Below, piece after piece: positions 16,801 through 25,700 of a DNA stretch of 64,000 nt. This DNA is from a virus. Taxonomy: Duplodnaviria; Caudoviricetes. The DNA lies in the IMG/VR virus record IMGVR_UViG_3300035220_000425, positions 90 to 64,089 of that record. The stretch is one strand, 5' to 3'. The notes under the pieces were generated by a model that was given only the letters and a program-made list of their open reading frames with translations, made no database searches and was not told the DNA's origin. The position numbers were made by a program, and so were the translations under genes. Every line of letters starts with the position of its first letter. The first letter of the stretch is position 1.

Positions 16801-18203
16801 ACCCGAGGCCTGAGGTAGCTGATTCTGACATTGATGGGGATCAGATAGCCGATTTCGAAGATCCAGACATTGACGGTGATGGGATCCCTAATGAGCTAGA
16901 TCCCCAACCGCAGAGAGCAGACACTATCGACACTGACGGCGATGGATATATAAACAAATTAGACGATGATATAGACGGCGACGGTTTCTTGAATGCTGAC
17001 GACCCCGACATGGATGGCGATGGCACCATTAACGACCTTGACTCTGACATAGATGGTGATGGGGCTAGCAATGCGAACGATCCTGACATGGACGCGGATG
17101 GGCTTGCCAATGCAAACGACCCCAATCCTAAGAATTCATTCACTGATACTGACGATGACGGAACAGTTGACGCTACTGATACTGACGATGACGGAGATGG
17201 CCTAGAAGATACTGTAGACCCAAATCCTCTTGTGTTTGATTATGACACGGATGGGGACGGCCTGTATGACTTTGAAGACCCCGATATCGACGGAGATGGC
17301 CTGCTGAATGGTGCCGACCCTGATCCGCTTGTTGTCGCAGGAGATATTGACGAAGATGGATTATTTGATTATGAAGATGATGACATGGATGGAGACGGAG
17401 TACTTAATGTAGATGATCCAAATCCATCAACTGCAGATGAAGATGATTTAGACGGAGATGGTATTTTAGATATTGTAGACCCTAATATTGATGGAGACGC
17501 TCTTCCTAACACTAGCGATCCCAGGCCTTTAGTCTTTGACGTAGACACTGACGGAGATGGCATTCCTGACTTCCAAGATTCTGATTTAGATGGGGATGGC
17601 ATATTAAATAGCAGCGATCCTGATGCTGATGGTGATGATATTCCTGGATATGCAGATTTGGATGACCGGGATCCTAGTCAAGGCTTTAGATCTGGACAAA
17701 GACTGAGTCCATGTAACATAGAAACAGAGAGTTATACGATTAATTTAAGTGTTACAGTTAGTGGTAATCAGACTGAAATTGCTTCAATTAATGTAGGAGG
17801 CTCGGAGGAAGTTAGCTTCCCTCTGCCATTCTTACCCCTCATCCCAGAAAGCCTGACAGCCTTGACTCTTGATCAGTTTGGAGATCCGTTGTTCATGGAT
17901 AGAGGAGACTGCAACGTCATAGGATCAACGTACCGAGAAGCCGCCAGTACAAGGCTTGCTTCTATAGAGAGGCTGTGCAGCGTCTATATGGGCCATGAGG
18001 CTCGTCGTCACAGTCTTAGGGGGAATGCTGTCAGAGTCGTAGAAACAATGCGACCAGAACTATTTAGCTGGACTCCTGGAATGCCCGTTTCGGTTACATC
18101 TAAAGGCAAGACGCAAGGCAAGTATTACACAACTTCCACCACCTGGGGCTTCGATCCATACAACATGATCGTTTCCCTTAACTTAATTGGTTACACATCA
18201 TGA
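13893..18203 (+). CDS. Tail tip/hub (Tal-like) protein with inserted Cys-rich and DxDxDG repeat blocks
   Basis: Position after TMP/Dit; non-repetitive N- and C-termini flank two repeat arrays. Confidence 0.65.
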   Translation: MTNINSGPSYVSTNKKTKIVIGGKNVSQNLIGGTVSDSDITSGGIVFTTGSLELAGYTVGGEPIVESKFSLGDLVTISASFAGGHCAKHPRSNLYVVNIKRNFTTQSVTIEVACRLSVIKDFGTNDNDEVKGYIQSLSGIDSILDVCQIDTFDLNALDSALRAIGSFAYMAHGRFTVQRWEEVFLTNPAFTSWTERSSLSVEDLEDVIIPPTTLSLTEEIETPGYPETDPDEDETATDPTQCVSAEDCRGADICLEGFCETVECGDTDDCPEGYTCLNGLCTAMPCSGTDDCPTGFICVDGTCQDEYCGDDNSCPTDFVCVDKKCQQLSCSTTNDCPSGYLCDDGTCVEIECEDERDCRSRGGGLCVNGKCISVDCKDSSDCGEGFQCVDNECYLLPKFCTNGDIECAEDEKCVNGQCVKSPNDCVDGDDCEEGFICVDGHCIEDEIDECRRSSQCHTGFSCVDGICVSDDEEEDEDENPDEIKDDVLSDKMFMQTKALRLKPFSECLQMRQGKFDPSELERLDNAEGLPGVGEDPDVYNGVDRRDNGLRCGIYVNPTIRSEQAEAILRAGGGGSSECTTEVNLDDIEKILPIESVYGYKTTGSLFTEEYYFDDHVEKIQEFEYEGPGNQLSHEKTLENMSVWRSSESSISAFLDQVNEAYEIRINGMQEVCDQINEYGQLRDDNDPSKFRIIVECLDNDTVRKMLAARDFYDCMMADAQINLLRLKAQCGRLYDFARSFLAEMEGHRVLTNITKTDMYFGAEGGEVIRKEQKNYIHGGTGKPLTDAIKEIIFTSEGAYRGPDVVKGLIMHRNRFANNSVSGLSTYKRQHLRQESIDEYEYGVGTVKHTNTKIDYDNPLNNTTHIVLSTDNAAAPEAPPRNAPYDPRFYDLDEDGTTDDLDPDIDGDNILNEDDPNPRRFDQDIDRDGLRNAPQEEDPNPITPDLDSDGDGFYDFEDPDIDGDGIPNDSDPRPEVADSDIDGDQIADFEDPDIDGDGIPNELDPQPQRADTIDTDGDGYINKLDDDIDGDGFLNADDPDMDGDGTINDLDSDIDGDGASNANDPDMDADGLANANDPNPKNSFTDTDDDGTVDATDTDDDGDGLEDTVDPNPLVFDYDTDGDGLYDFEDPDIDGDGLLNGADPDPLVVAGDIDEDGLFDYEDDDMDGDGVLNVDDPNPSTADEDDLDGDGILDIVDPNIDGDALPNTSDPRPLVFDVDTDGDGIPDFQDSDLDGDGILNSSDPDADGDDIPGYADLDDRDPSQGFRSGQRLSPCNIETESYTINLSVTVSGNQTEIASINVGGSEEVSFPLPFLPLIPESLTALTLDQFGDPLFMDRGDCNVIGSTYREAASTRLASIERLCSVYMGHEARRHSLRGNAVRVVETMRPELFSWTPGMPVSVTSKGKTQGKYYTTSTTWGFDPYNMIVSLNLIGYTS
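14616..15293 (+). repeat. Ten 4-Cys repeats, approximately C-x5-C-x5-C-x4-C
   Basis: e.g. CGDTDDCPEGYTCLNGLC and CSGTDDCPTGFICVDGTC. Confidence 0.9.
16560..17670 (+). repeat. Thrombospondin type-3-like Ca-binding DxDxDG repeats
   Basis: More than 20 D-x-D-x-D-G-like units; exact DNA duplication GATTTCGAAGATCCAGACATTGACGGTGATGG at 16752 and 16851. Confidence 0.9.
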
Positions 18204-19087
18204 CTTATACCACTAACTTGGTCTACGATCCAGACAAGTATCATTATTCTTATGTTCGAGATGTTGACAGTACTGGATTCGTTCCACTTACTGTTAATGA
18301 TTTAAATCTGCCTAGTAGATGTGTGTACATTGAAGTAGATACGCCTCCAGATTACGGAACATTGAAGCTAAATGGCGTTACTATTCTTGATAGTCGCAAC
18401 AACGCAATCCCAACGCAAATAAGCAAAGCGGATATCGCTTTGGGACTGCTGGTTTGGGACGCCAATGCATCAGACGTGTCTATACGTTTAAATTTTGACT
18501 ACTTTGCGTATGATTCTCAAGGTGAGACTCAGTCGATGCTGTATAACTGGCTGCCAATAACTATTCAGCTTGAGCCCACAGAAGAGGTAGATGGTGGTGA
18601 TTTTGATTCCGGAGAAAGTCTAGGAGGAGTCTCAAGTGATGGCGGTGATTTCGTAATCGGAGGTAGTGCGGCATTATTGCAGTCATACGATGGCGGAAAC
18701 TTTGATACAGGAGAGTCAAGCTATCCGGAAACCCCAGATCTAGGGTTATACGAAGCTACTATCAATACACCTTTAAAAGTAGTAGACCCTGACACTCTGG
18801 CACCTGTTACTGTTAGCTCGTTACCCTCAACCCATGAGGTTTTCCCAAGAAATTCTGATGTCTTTAGGTATGAGTTTAAGACAGAATACACATACGAATA
18901 TAAATTTTCTTTTAAAAAGAAATTGTTCAAAGGATGGAACTATGGGGCTAATGTCCCGAACTTTGGGTATTCAAGCGATTACGGATCGATCTCAAATCCC
19001 ACGACAAATTTAACAGTTGATTTCAATAATATAGTTGAGTACAACTATCCTTATCCTCCTAGTCGTTTGAAGCCCTCGGCACACTAA
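18200..19087 (+). CDS. Tail protein with cadherin-like domain and three DGGxF motifs
   Basis: PDYGTLKLNG...ADIALGLLVW cadherin-like pattern; VDGGDF, SDGGDF, YDGGNF. Confidence 0.6.
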   Translation: MTYTTNLVYDPDKYHYSYVRDVDSTGFVPLTVNDLNLPSRCVYIEVDTPPDYGTLKLNGVTILDSRNNAIPTQISKADIALGLLVWDANASDVSIRLNFDYFAYDSQGETQSMLYNWLPITIQLEPTEEVDGGDFDSGESLGGVSSDGGDFVIGGSAALLQSYDGGNFDTGESSYPETPDLGLYEATINTPLKVVDPDTLAPVTVSSLPSTHEVFPRNSDVFRYEFKTEYTYEYKFSFKKKLFKGWNYGANVPNFGYSSDYGSISNPTTNLTVDFNNIVEYNYPYPPSRLKPSAH

Positions 19088-19106
19088 CTCAGCGCCAGGG
19101 GTTGAG

Positions 19107-19538
19107 ATGTCTGTAGTCTCTGAAACTGAACTAGATAAGAACATCAAAGCGATTGTAAATAATAGGCAGTTTGAAGCTGGCTTGTTTCTAAGTAGTGGAA
19201 CTCCTTTCAGCCCAACGACTGATCATGCATCTTTAACGACAAAAGAAGTCCCTCCTTCCGCGGGAGGTTATATCAGGCTGAGCTATACCTATACGGAGAA
19301 TGACGTATCTGTTTTAGTTGGAAAAGCTACGACTACCTCTAAATATTTTGAGTTCATACACAATGGGAATTCAATCCCTATGAGATTTGATACATTTATT
19401 GTATTTGAAAGGATAGCAGCGCAACCGTTAGACGTAGTAAACGTTGTTTCTATTCATAGCCTAGGAGGGGTTCAAGAGCTTACATCAGGAGGCAATATCG
19501 CCAGATTTAATTTACAAGTCAACATTAAAACACAATGA
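19107..19538 (+). CDS. Minor tail protein
   Basis: EV...GGYxR motif; position in tail module. Confidence 0.55.
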   Translation: MSVVSETELDKNIKAIVNNRQFEAGLFLSSGTPFSPTTDHASLTTKEVPPSAGGYIRLSYTYTENDVSVLVGKATTTSKYFEFIHNGNSIPMRFDTFIVFERIAAQPLDVVNVVSIHSLGGVQELTSGGNIARFNLQVNIKTQ

Positions 19539-19819
19539 CTCTTATCAATCCAAACAATGCGATTAGCTTGTTAGAGCTAGTAGCAAGAACTGCCCAAGCC
19601 GAAAGGATAAATTCTATCGAAAATTCAGTAGGAGGAGGTGCTTTTGGACAAAGAAACTTTGAAGGAAAGTGGGAGGGCTACGAACTAAACAATCAACCGA
19701 CAGTCTCTTACAAAGGTACAAAATATAATGTTCAGAGTGCCGCATACGCGAGTAAACGTAAGAAAGATAAAATTAATATTAGGAGTGGGGAGAAATTCTT
19801 AGGAGCGGCATGGAGGTAG
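19535..19819 (+). CDS. Small tail protein
   Basis: Coupled ORF in the tail operon; GKWEGY resembles AKWHGF at the start of the next gene. Confidence 0.5.
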   Translation: MTLINPNNAISLLELVARTAQAERINSIENSVGGGAFGQRNFEGKWEGYELNNQPTVSYKGTKYNVQSAAYASKRKKDKINIRSGEKFLGAAWR

Positions 19820-22756
19820 ATGGACACTCCTCTTATTAAGCAATTAGTAGCAAAAGTAGATGCAGTTGCAGCAGCAGCAAGAGCCTTGCTGTCAGCAGAT
19901 GAGTACAGCAAGAAAAGAGGCATCCCTGGGATGGCCAAGTGGCATGGCTTTAATGAATCAGGTTCTGCTACTGTAAAAATCGATGATCAAATCTATATCG
20001 TAAACCTTGTAACTAATACAATACCTCCGATAGGGACAAAAGTATATGTCGATGAATCGTTCAATGTAATGCATAAAAACGTCAAACCAAAAGAACCTAT
20101 AAAAATCGTTGAAGAAAAAAAGCTGCCAAGAGAAAAAGCAAGCAAAAGAAAGAAAAGAACAAAACATCCAGTTTTCTTAGATGTGGGCGAGATACCGTCA
20201 GGAGCGACTTGGCTCGTCTACCCAGAAATCTTAAAAAGATTAGAGGTAAAAAGTGAAGTCGGAAGCGCCACAAATCCAGAAGGCTATGGATACAATCTTT
20301 TCTTAAATTTATATGCGGCACTTGCTCTCGGTTCAGGCGTATTGATTGGGATAATGCTTGGGTCTTTGGAAGAAAGTATATCAATTTTTGAAGTAGATCT
20401 TTTGAGTCTGCCACACCCTAATGATCATGACGCAATTCCTTCCGGGCTCTCTGGAGACGATTATACAAAATTTGTAATGATCCAAGGCATGTTGGACTCA
20501 GCCTCTATTGACACGCCTCTTTGGCTTCCTATCGACGGACTGTATGCTGGGATAGGAGGTATCTTTACTACCAGTCTCTTAAGTTTTTTAATTAATAATA
20601 AAGGAGGAGAAGGCGTACATTTCACAGAGATCAAGGCGATCAATCCAGACAATATTAATGGACCTTTAGACGCTGCTTTATATATGTTTGAAATAGCGAC
20701 TTTAGTGACTGGAAAAAAAATTCAAGCTTCAATAATAAGAGCAAATGCGGTGTATCCAGGTAAGCGTATCAATGTAAATGTACATGGCTGGCCTGCTCTA
20801 GTTAACCGGCCTATCGACCCAGCTAATGATGCTACTCTTCCAAACGGAAGCGTAGTACAATTCCAGATACCAGACGATATTCCTGAATGGGAGTTTTTAT
20901 CAGGTGCTGGGCCTGTAGATTACGGCCTTACTAATGGCCCTAACAATTTTGCTTACGATTTAGTCCCTATACATCGTCTTCATGAACATTTAGATAATGT
21001 ACCTTTACTTGATCACACAAAGTTTGCTAGCTATGAAAGAAATAACCTTTACTTGCATTATGTATTGATTACATACGCCCCATGGACAGGGTTAGGCGAA
21101 GATCTAAGGATTAATTATTATAACCTAAACCTTAAATTTGCATTGACTGTTGACGACACTTTTATCCCTTTTATTGAAAAAAGTTACACCCTTAATCCGG
21201 CCTCGTTCAACCTACCTGAATATTTTGAAATCCTAGGAGACAACATCCTTGAGATGAAAGAGTTTCCGTTACAAGCCGGAGACAGAAACGAATTTACAAA
21301 AACAGTTACTTTTAAAATAGAAGGAATAGACAACGTCCCTGTCGTTCAGCCGATCCAGAATATATTTGCACGAAAAGGGAGTTCTGAGAAGTATGGATAT
21401 GTTTCTATGCTTTCTGAAGACAGTAATTACTTAGAGGAGGAAGACGGAGTATTGTACTACCATCCCCACCGAGCTCCTCATTTTACGTCTACAGAATTGG
21501 CAGGTTTTGTTATTCATCCGAGGTCAGGGAGGTGGGCCTTTGATCAAAATTACAGCACTTATGCCGGACTTACTGAAGGACAGGTTTTAGAAGTTAGCAC
21601 TACAGTTTTCATAAGGCCGCTTAGCTTTGACAGTGCAGTACCCCCTTTAGAACAACAAATTAACATTACAATTGTTGGGAGTGTTACTAATTACGTATCG
21701 CCATACACTCCTTCTGTTGAAGCATTCGCAGTCGAGTACGTTGACGTAGATGAACCTCCAAGCAATGAATATGATCCAGAAGCATTTACTGAAGACTCTG
21801 AACTTTTGTCTGGGGCTTTGCAGGAGTTTGAGGAAGTGGAAGTATTTGTGCCGTTCCCTTCGGTGACTAATGATGGGAACGTCTTTGGATGGCAAGGCCA
21901 AGAGCCTGTATTCTCTTTTGAAGAAGTAGGGGCGCCTGTAATTTCTTTGGCTATTCCCGACAACAATGGCTCTTTCAGATATATACAGTCAGACGCTAAT
22001 TACGTGTCCGCAAATGACTTTACCTTTAGTTTTGCAACAAGTGATGGTCCAGTGTCGTCAACCGGCGGGGGCTATATCGTCAAGTTTAAGCCAAAGAATA
22101 AGGACTATGATTTCCTATATGGGACTGAAACTTTACACATAACATATAGTATTACAGCAAGATATAACGAAGCTCCTTATGTAGGCAATTTTGAAAATTT
22201 AAATGAGTTTCAGCGAAAGTCTATAAGAGGCAGCGCTATCTACCATGCAGACCCTCTCGACTGGAGATATGAAATCTTTAACCCAGTCTCAGAGCATCAG
22301 TTTGATGGGTATATATTTTCGGTTGGAGATTCTGTGATGAGAGATACGACTTTCCCGGAACTAAACATTTCCGTTACGTCGCAAACCATTTCTGCTGATT
22401 ATTTGCATGAGTTTAAGTTAAACTATGAAGATCCAAAAGATGACTTACTTCAAATTGATCAAGGGTTCGTCTACTGGACTTCTAGACTCAGGTACGAATT
22501 CGACGAAGAGGCCGAAACAATCTTGTTCTACGACAAGGACGCAGAGGGGAATGCAGCGAATGTTCCTCTAGACAGTTCGGCTATGACAGAAATTTTATTT
22601 GGATCAAACAATACGCCTAAATCCACACACTTCAGCATTGAGAAAATGTTTCCGTCAGGGTTTGATCGCACTGACACTACTGGTGCTTCTTGGAGGAAAC
22701 ACATAGAAAGCAAAGAGGTTTATGCATACTTAATTTATGGATACTTGCCTGTCTAG
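19820..22756 (+). CDS. Large tail protein with VCBS-like repeats
   Basis: GRWAFDQNYSTYAGLTEGQVLEVS and LQAGDRNEFTKTVTFKIEGIDNVP. Confidence 0.6.
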   Translation: MDTPLIKQLVAKVDAVAAAARALLSADEYSKKRGIPGMAKWHGFNESGSATVKIDDQIYIVNLVTNTIPPIGTKVYVDESFNVMHKNVKPKEPIKIVEEKKLPREKASKRKKRTKHPVFLDVGEIPSGATWLVYPEILKRLEVKSEVGSATNPEGYGYNLFLNLYAALALGSGVLIGIMLGSLEESISIFEVDLLSLPHPNDHDAIPSGLSGDDYTKFVMIQGMLDSASIDTPLWLPIDGLYAGIGGIFTTSLLSFLINNKGGEGVHFTEIKAINPDNINGPLDAALYMFEIATLVTGKKIQASIIRANAVYPGKRINVNVHGWPALVNRPIDPANDATLPNGSVVQFQIPDDIPEWEFLSGAGPVDYGLTNGPNNFAYDLVPIHRLHEHLDNVPLLDHTKFASYERNNLYLHYVLITYAPWTGLGEDLRINYYNLNLKFALTVDDTFIPFIEKSYTLNPASFNLPEYFEILGDNILEMKEFPLQAGDRNEFTKTVTFKIEGIDNVPVVQPIQNIFARKGSSEKYGYVSMLSEDSNYLEEEDGVLYYHPHRAPHFTSTELAGFVIHPRSGRWAFDQNYSTYAGLTEGQVLEVSTTVFIRPLSFDSAVPPLEQQINITIVGSVTNYVSPYTPSVEAFAVEYVDVDEPPSNEYDPEAFTEDSELLSGALQEFEEVEVFVPFPSVTNDGNVFGWQGQEPVFSFEEVGAPVISLAIPDNNGSFRYIQSDANYVSANDFTFSFATSDGPVSSTGGGYIVKFKPKNKDYDFLYGTETLHITYSITARYNEAPYVGNFENLNEFQRKSIRGSAIYHADPLDWRYEIFNPVSEHQFDGYIFSVGDSVMRDTTFPELNISVTSQTISADYLHEFKLNYEDPKDDLLQIDQGFVYWTSRLRYEFDEEAETILFYDKDAEGNAANVPLDSSAMTEILFGSNNTPKSTHFSIEKMFPSGFDRTDTTGASWRKHIESKEVYAYLIYGYLPV

Positions 22757-22789
22757 TGGCGGTATCCTATTGGCAGACTGGCTTTATAG

Positions 22790-25700
22790 ATGGCTCTTCA
22801 GATTAGAAAAGTTACTGAGTCACAACGTGAACAGTTGATACTTAAGGCAGGCGAGCCCTTATATACAATAGATACAAATAAACTTTACATTGGCGACGGA
22901 CAGACGAGGGGTGGCTTTGGACTTCTGGATGGACTTACTCTTTTAGAGTTTCTTGACGCTGACATAGATCATAATCCTCTTGAAGATAATGACTTTATTT
23001 ACTGGAAGCCGAGCAGTAATAGATGGGCTATTGGCAAGAGGTACAAATCTCTGCAGGATTTGGCTGACGTTGATCTCGAAACAGATGCTACGAATGCCCA
23101 AGACAAGCAGATCCTGATGTATAGTCAGGAGACTGGCAAATGGACAATAAAATATGACACAGCAGATGAATTCGGGCTGGAGGATCTTGAAGACGTTTCT
23201 GGAAGCCCTTCTAGTTTTTACGATTCTGAACGTACTGAAACGCACTATTCAAGCCTGCAATATAATGCTACAACTGCGAAATGGGATGTTATCGAGTTAC
23301 CTCGAACTCCTAATGTTGGAGAGATGGAGGAAGTTACTTTAACGGCTAATCCTCAGCTAGGTCAAATGCTTTTCATTGATCCGTCTACTCAGAAATATGT
23401 TAATGACTACGCTAATCAAAATTTATCGCCAGCTTATAACTGTGGACTTTACCAAATTGAAAACAAAGACATAATAAAATTCAGCAGTAGCGTCGGTAAG
23501 TTTGTCAATCATACTCCGAAACTTGCAGAAGACGTTCCTGAAATATCTATATCTGCTCTTAGCTCCTGGGAGCCGACTGATCAAGAATATAGTGTGATGA
23601 TGTTTGGCGAAAATGCAGCATTTGCTATTAACAATGAGAGAGCTCATACATTAACAGCTTTCAAAAATCGCAAGCTAGTTTTTGACCTTTCTGACGCAAC
23701 TCTTTTAAACTTAACTTTTAAATTTTCCGCTCAACCTGACGGAACACATAGCTTAGATCCGGTTGGATCTATCTGGTCGAGCTCCTTGGTAACTGAGACT
23801 GGTACTCCTGGCGTCGATGGCCGGGTTGAGATTGATCTACCAACTTACTTTGAAGATAAGGCCACCTCAAGCTACTGGATTAACACTGAGACTGACCCAG
23901 ATTTCCCTCCAGTCTATTCACTCCCTAGTGGTGATGACGAAATCCCTGAGATAACATTTAATGTCTTAGGGAGCGTCCCAGACCCTAATGCATCGCAAGA
24001 GGAGTTAGATTCTGGCGGAGGGAATGTTCAAGATGCAGATATTGAACAAGACTTGCCTGGTCTCTACTATTTCTCTCCCGAGAATGCAGAATTTGGGGCT
24101 AAGATCCAGATTAACGAGGCAGAAGACTTGCCTCCATTTGTCCTCTTCTGGGACGCAACTGCTAATGAATTTAATGTAAAAAGGTTTGATGTTACTGTTG
24201 GCTCTTTAGGTGATGTAGAGATCATCCCTGACACAGATGGATTCTTGTTTGACAATCAAATGCTGTCATTTGATAGCTCAACGCAGAAATGGACAACGCC
24301 CCTTGACAGAGTTGTTGGCCTGGGTATAGCGAGTTCTTTGCCAAGAAGATTCCAAGAGTTTGCAAACATGCTTTGGGCCGGTGGTGCTTCGGGACTAGGG
24401 GAATTTACCTACAGTATGCCTAGAGGAGCGGAGATTGAAAGCATAACGATTAATCTTAATGAGCTTGAAGTAGAAGGCTCTGATGAAGAATTTGATGCTT
24501 TCTTCTTTGATACGGAAGAAGACAGAGAATATTTCTATGAATTGCTAGAAGAAGCTGAGACTGCTGACGTAGTAGCCGGAGGCACAGGAGAATTGTCTCG
24601 TCAAGTCATAAATGATCTTGCTTCAGACGCTAACGCAAGAGTTATGAGAATAAGAACGAGAAAAAAATCTTATTCAAGGGAAGGCAGAAGTAGGTCTAAT
24701 ACCAGTCAAAGCTATGCAGGTGTTATAGCAGAATACAGCCAAGGAGGCATAGGAGGTGGCTCCATGTTTTCAGGAGGCCCTAACATAGGAGGCTCTGGCT
24801 TAGGTTCCGGTTCTGGTGGTCTAGGCGGGAATGGTCGAGAAAGTGCTCAAGGAGCCGGTTTTGGTGGCGACGGCTGGTCAGGCTCCTCAGAAGGGCAAAC
24901 AGAGCCGTCTCTAGATGATTTAGTCGAAAGCGAAGAGTTTCCCGATCCTGCTCGTACAGCAGAAGTTTTTGTAGAAGCATATCAAAACTTTGGCAACAAT
25001 ACTAAGCAAATATTTGGAGTAATGCTGGCCAGGAACAGAGCTTTTGAGGCCCTCATGCCAAGAAGCACTAGAGATCCAAATGATTCAAGTGTTACCGATT
25101 CGACTATTGACGCAAGTGACAGGTTCTCCAATGAATTACAGTTGGAATTTAATTTAATTGATGTATCTAGCGATCCAACTCCTCCTCAAATGTTTGGATG
25201 GAGACAGAGTACTGATACTTACGGATATTATTACTTTACATTTGCTCAAAGAAATTCACAGCTTACGTTTAACACTAGAAATCATGAACTAATAGCACAT
25301 TCTTACATGAGGCGAGTTGGTTGCACTCACACAAGGACTGGCAGATTCCAAGTTGAGTTCTACTACGATGCAGATGACAGCACTAAAATGGCAGGAGAGT
25401 GGCTAAGAATAGTAGAGTTTCAATCTGCTCAATCTGCTTATAATGGCACGATAACAGAAGTTGCATCTACAACAATTAGAGAAGGTTTAGAAGAATGGAG
25501 TGACGTAGTTCTATATCAAAAAGGCAATCGTGTCCTTTACCAAGATAAGGTTTGGGAATGCCTGGTGAGGACGACAAAGGGATTCCCTCCTGCTTCAGGA
25601 ACTGCGGCAGTACCTACTCAGGTGGTGGATGTTATTCAAGGAACACTTGCTATTAGTACATTCGTTGAGATTCCGCGTTTTAGCATTAAATCACAAAGAT

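Noticed and set aside
14539-17602. Several minus-strand ORFs in the hub gene
   Set aside because: Stop-poor antisense frames of Asp/Cys repeats
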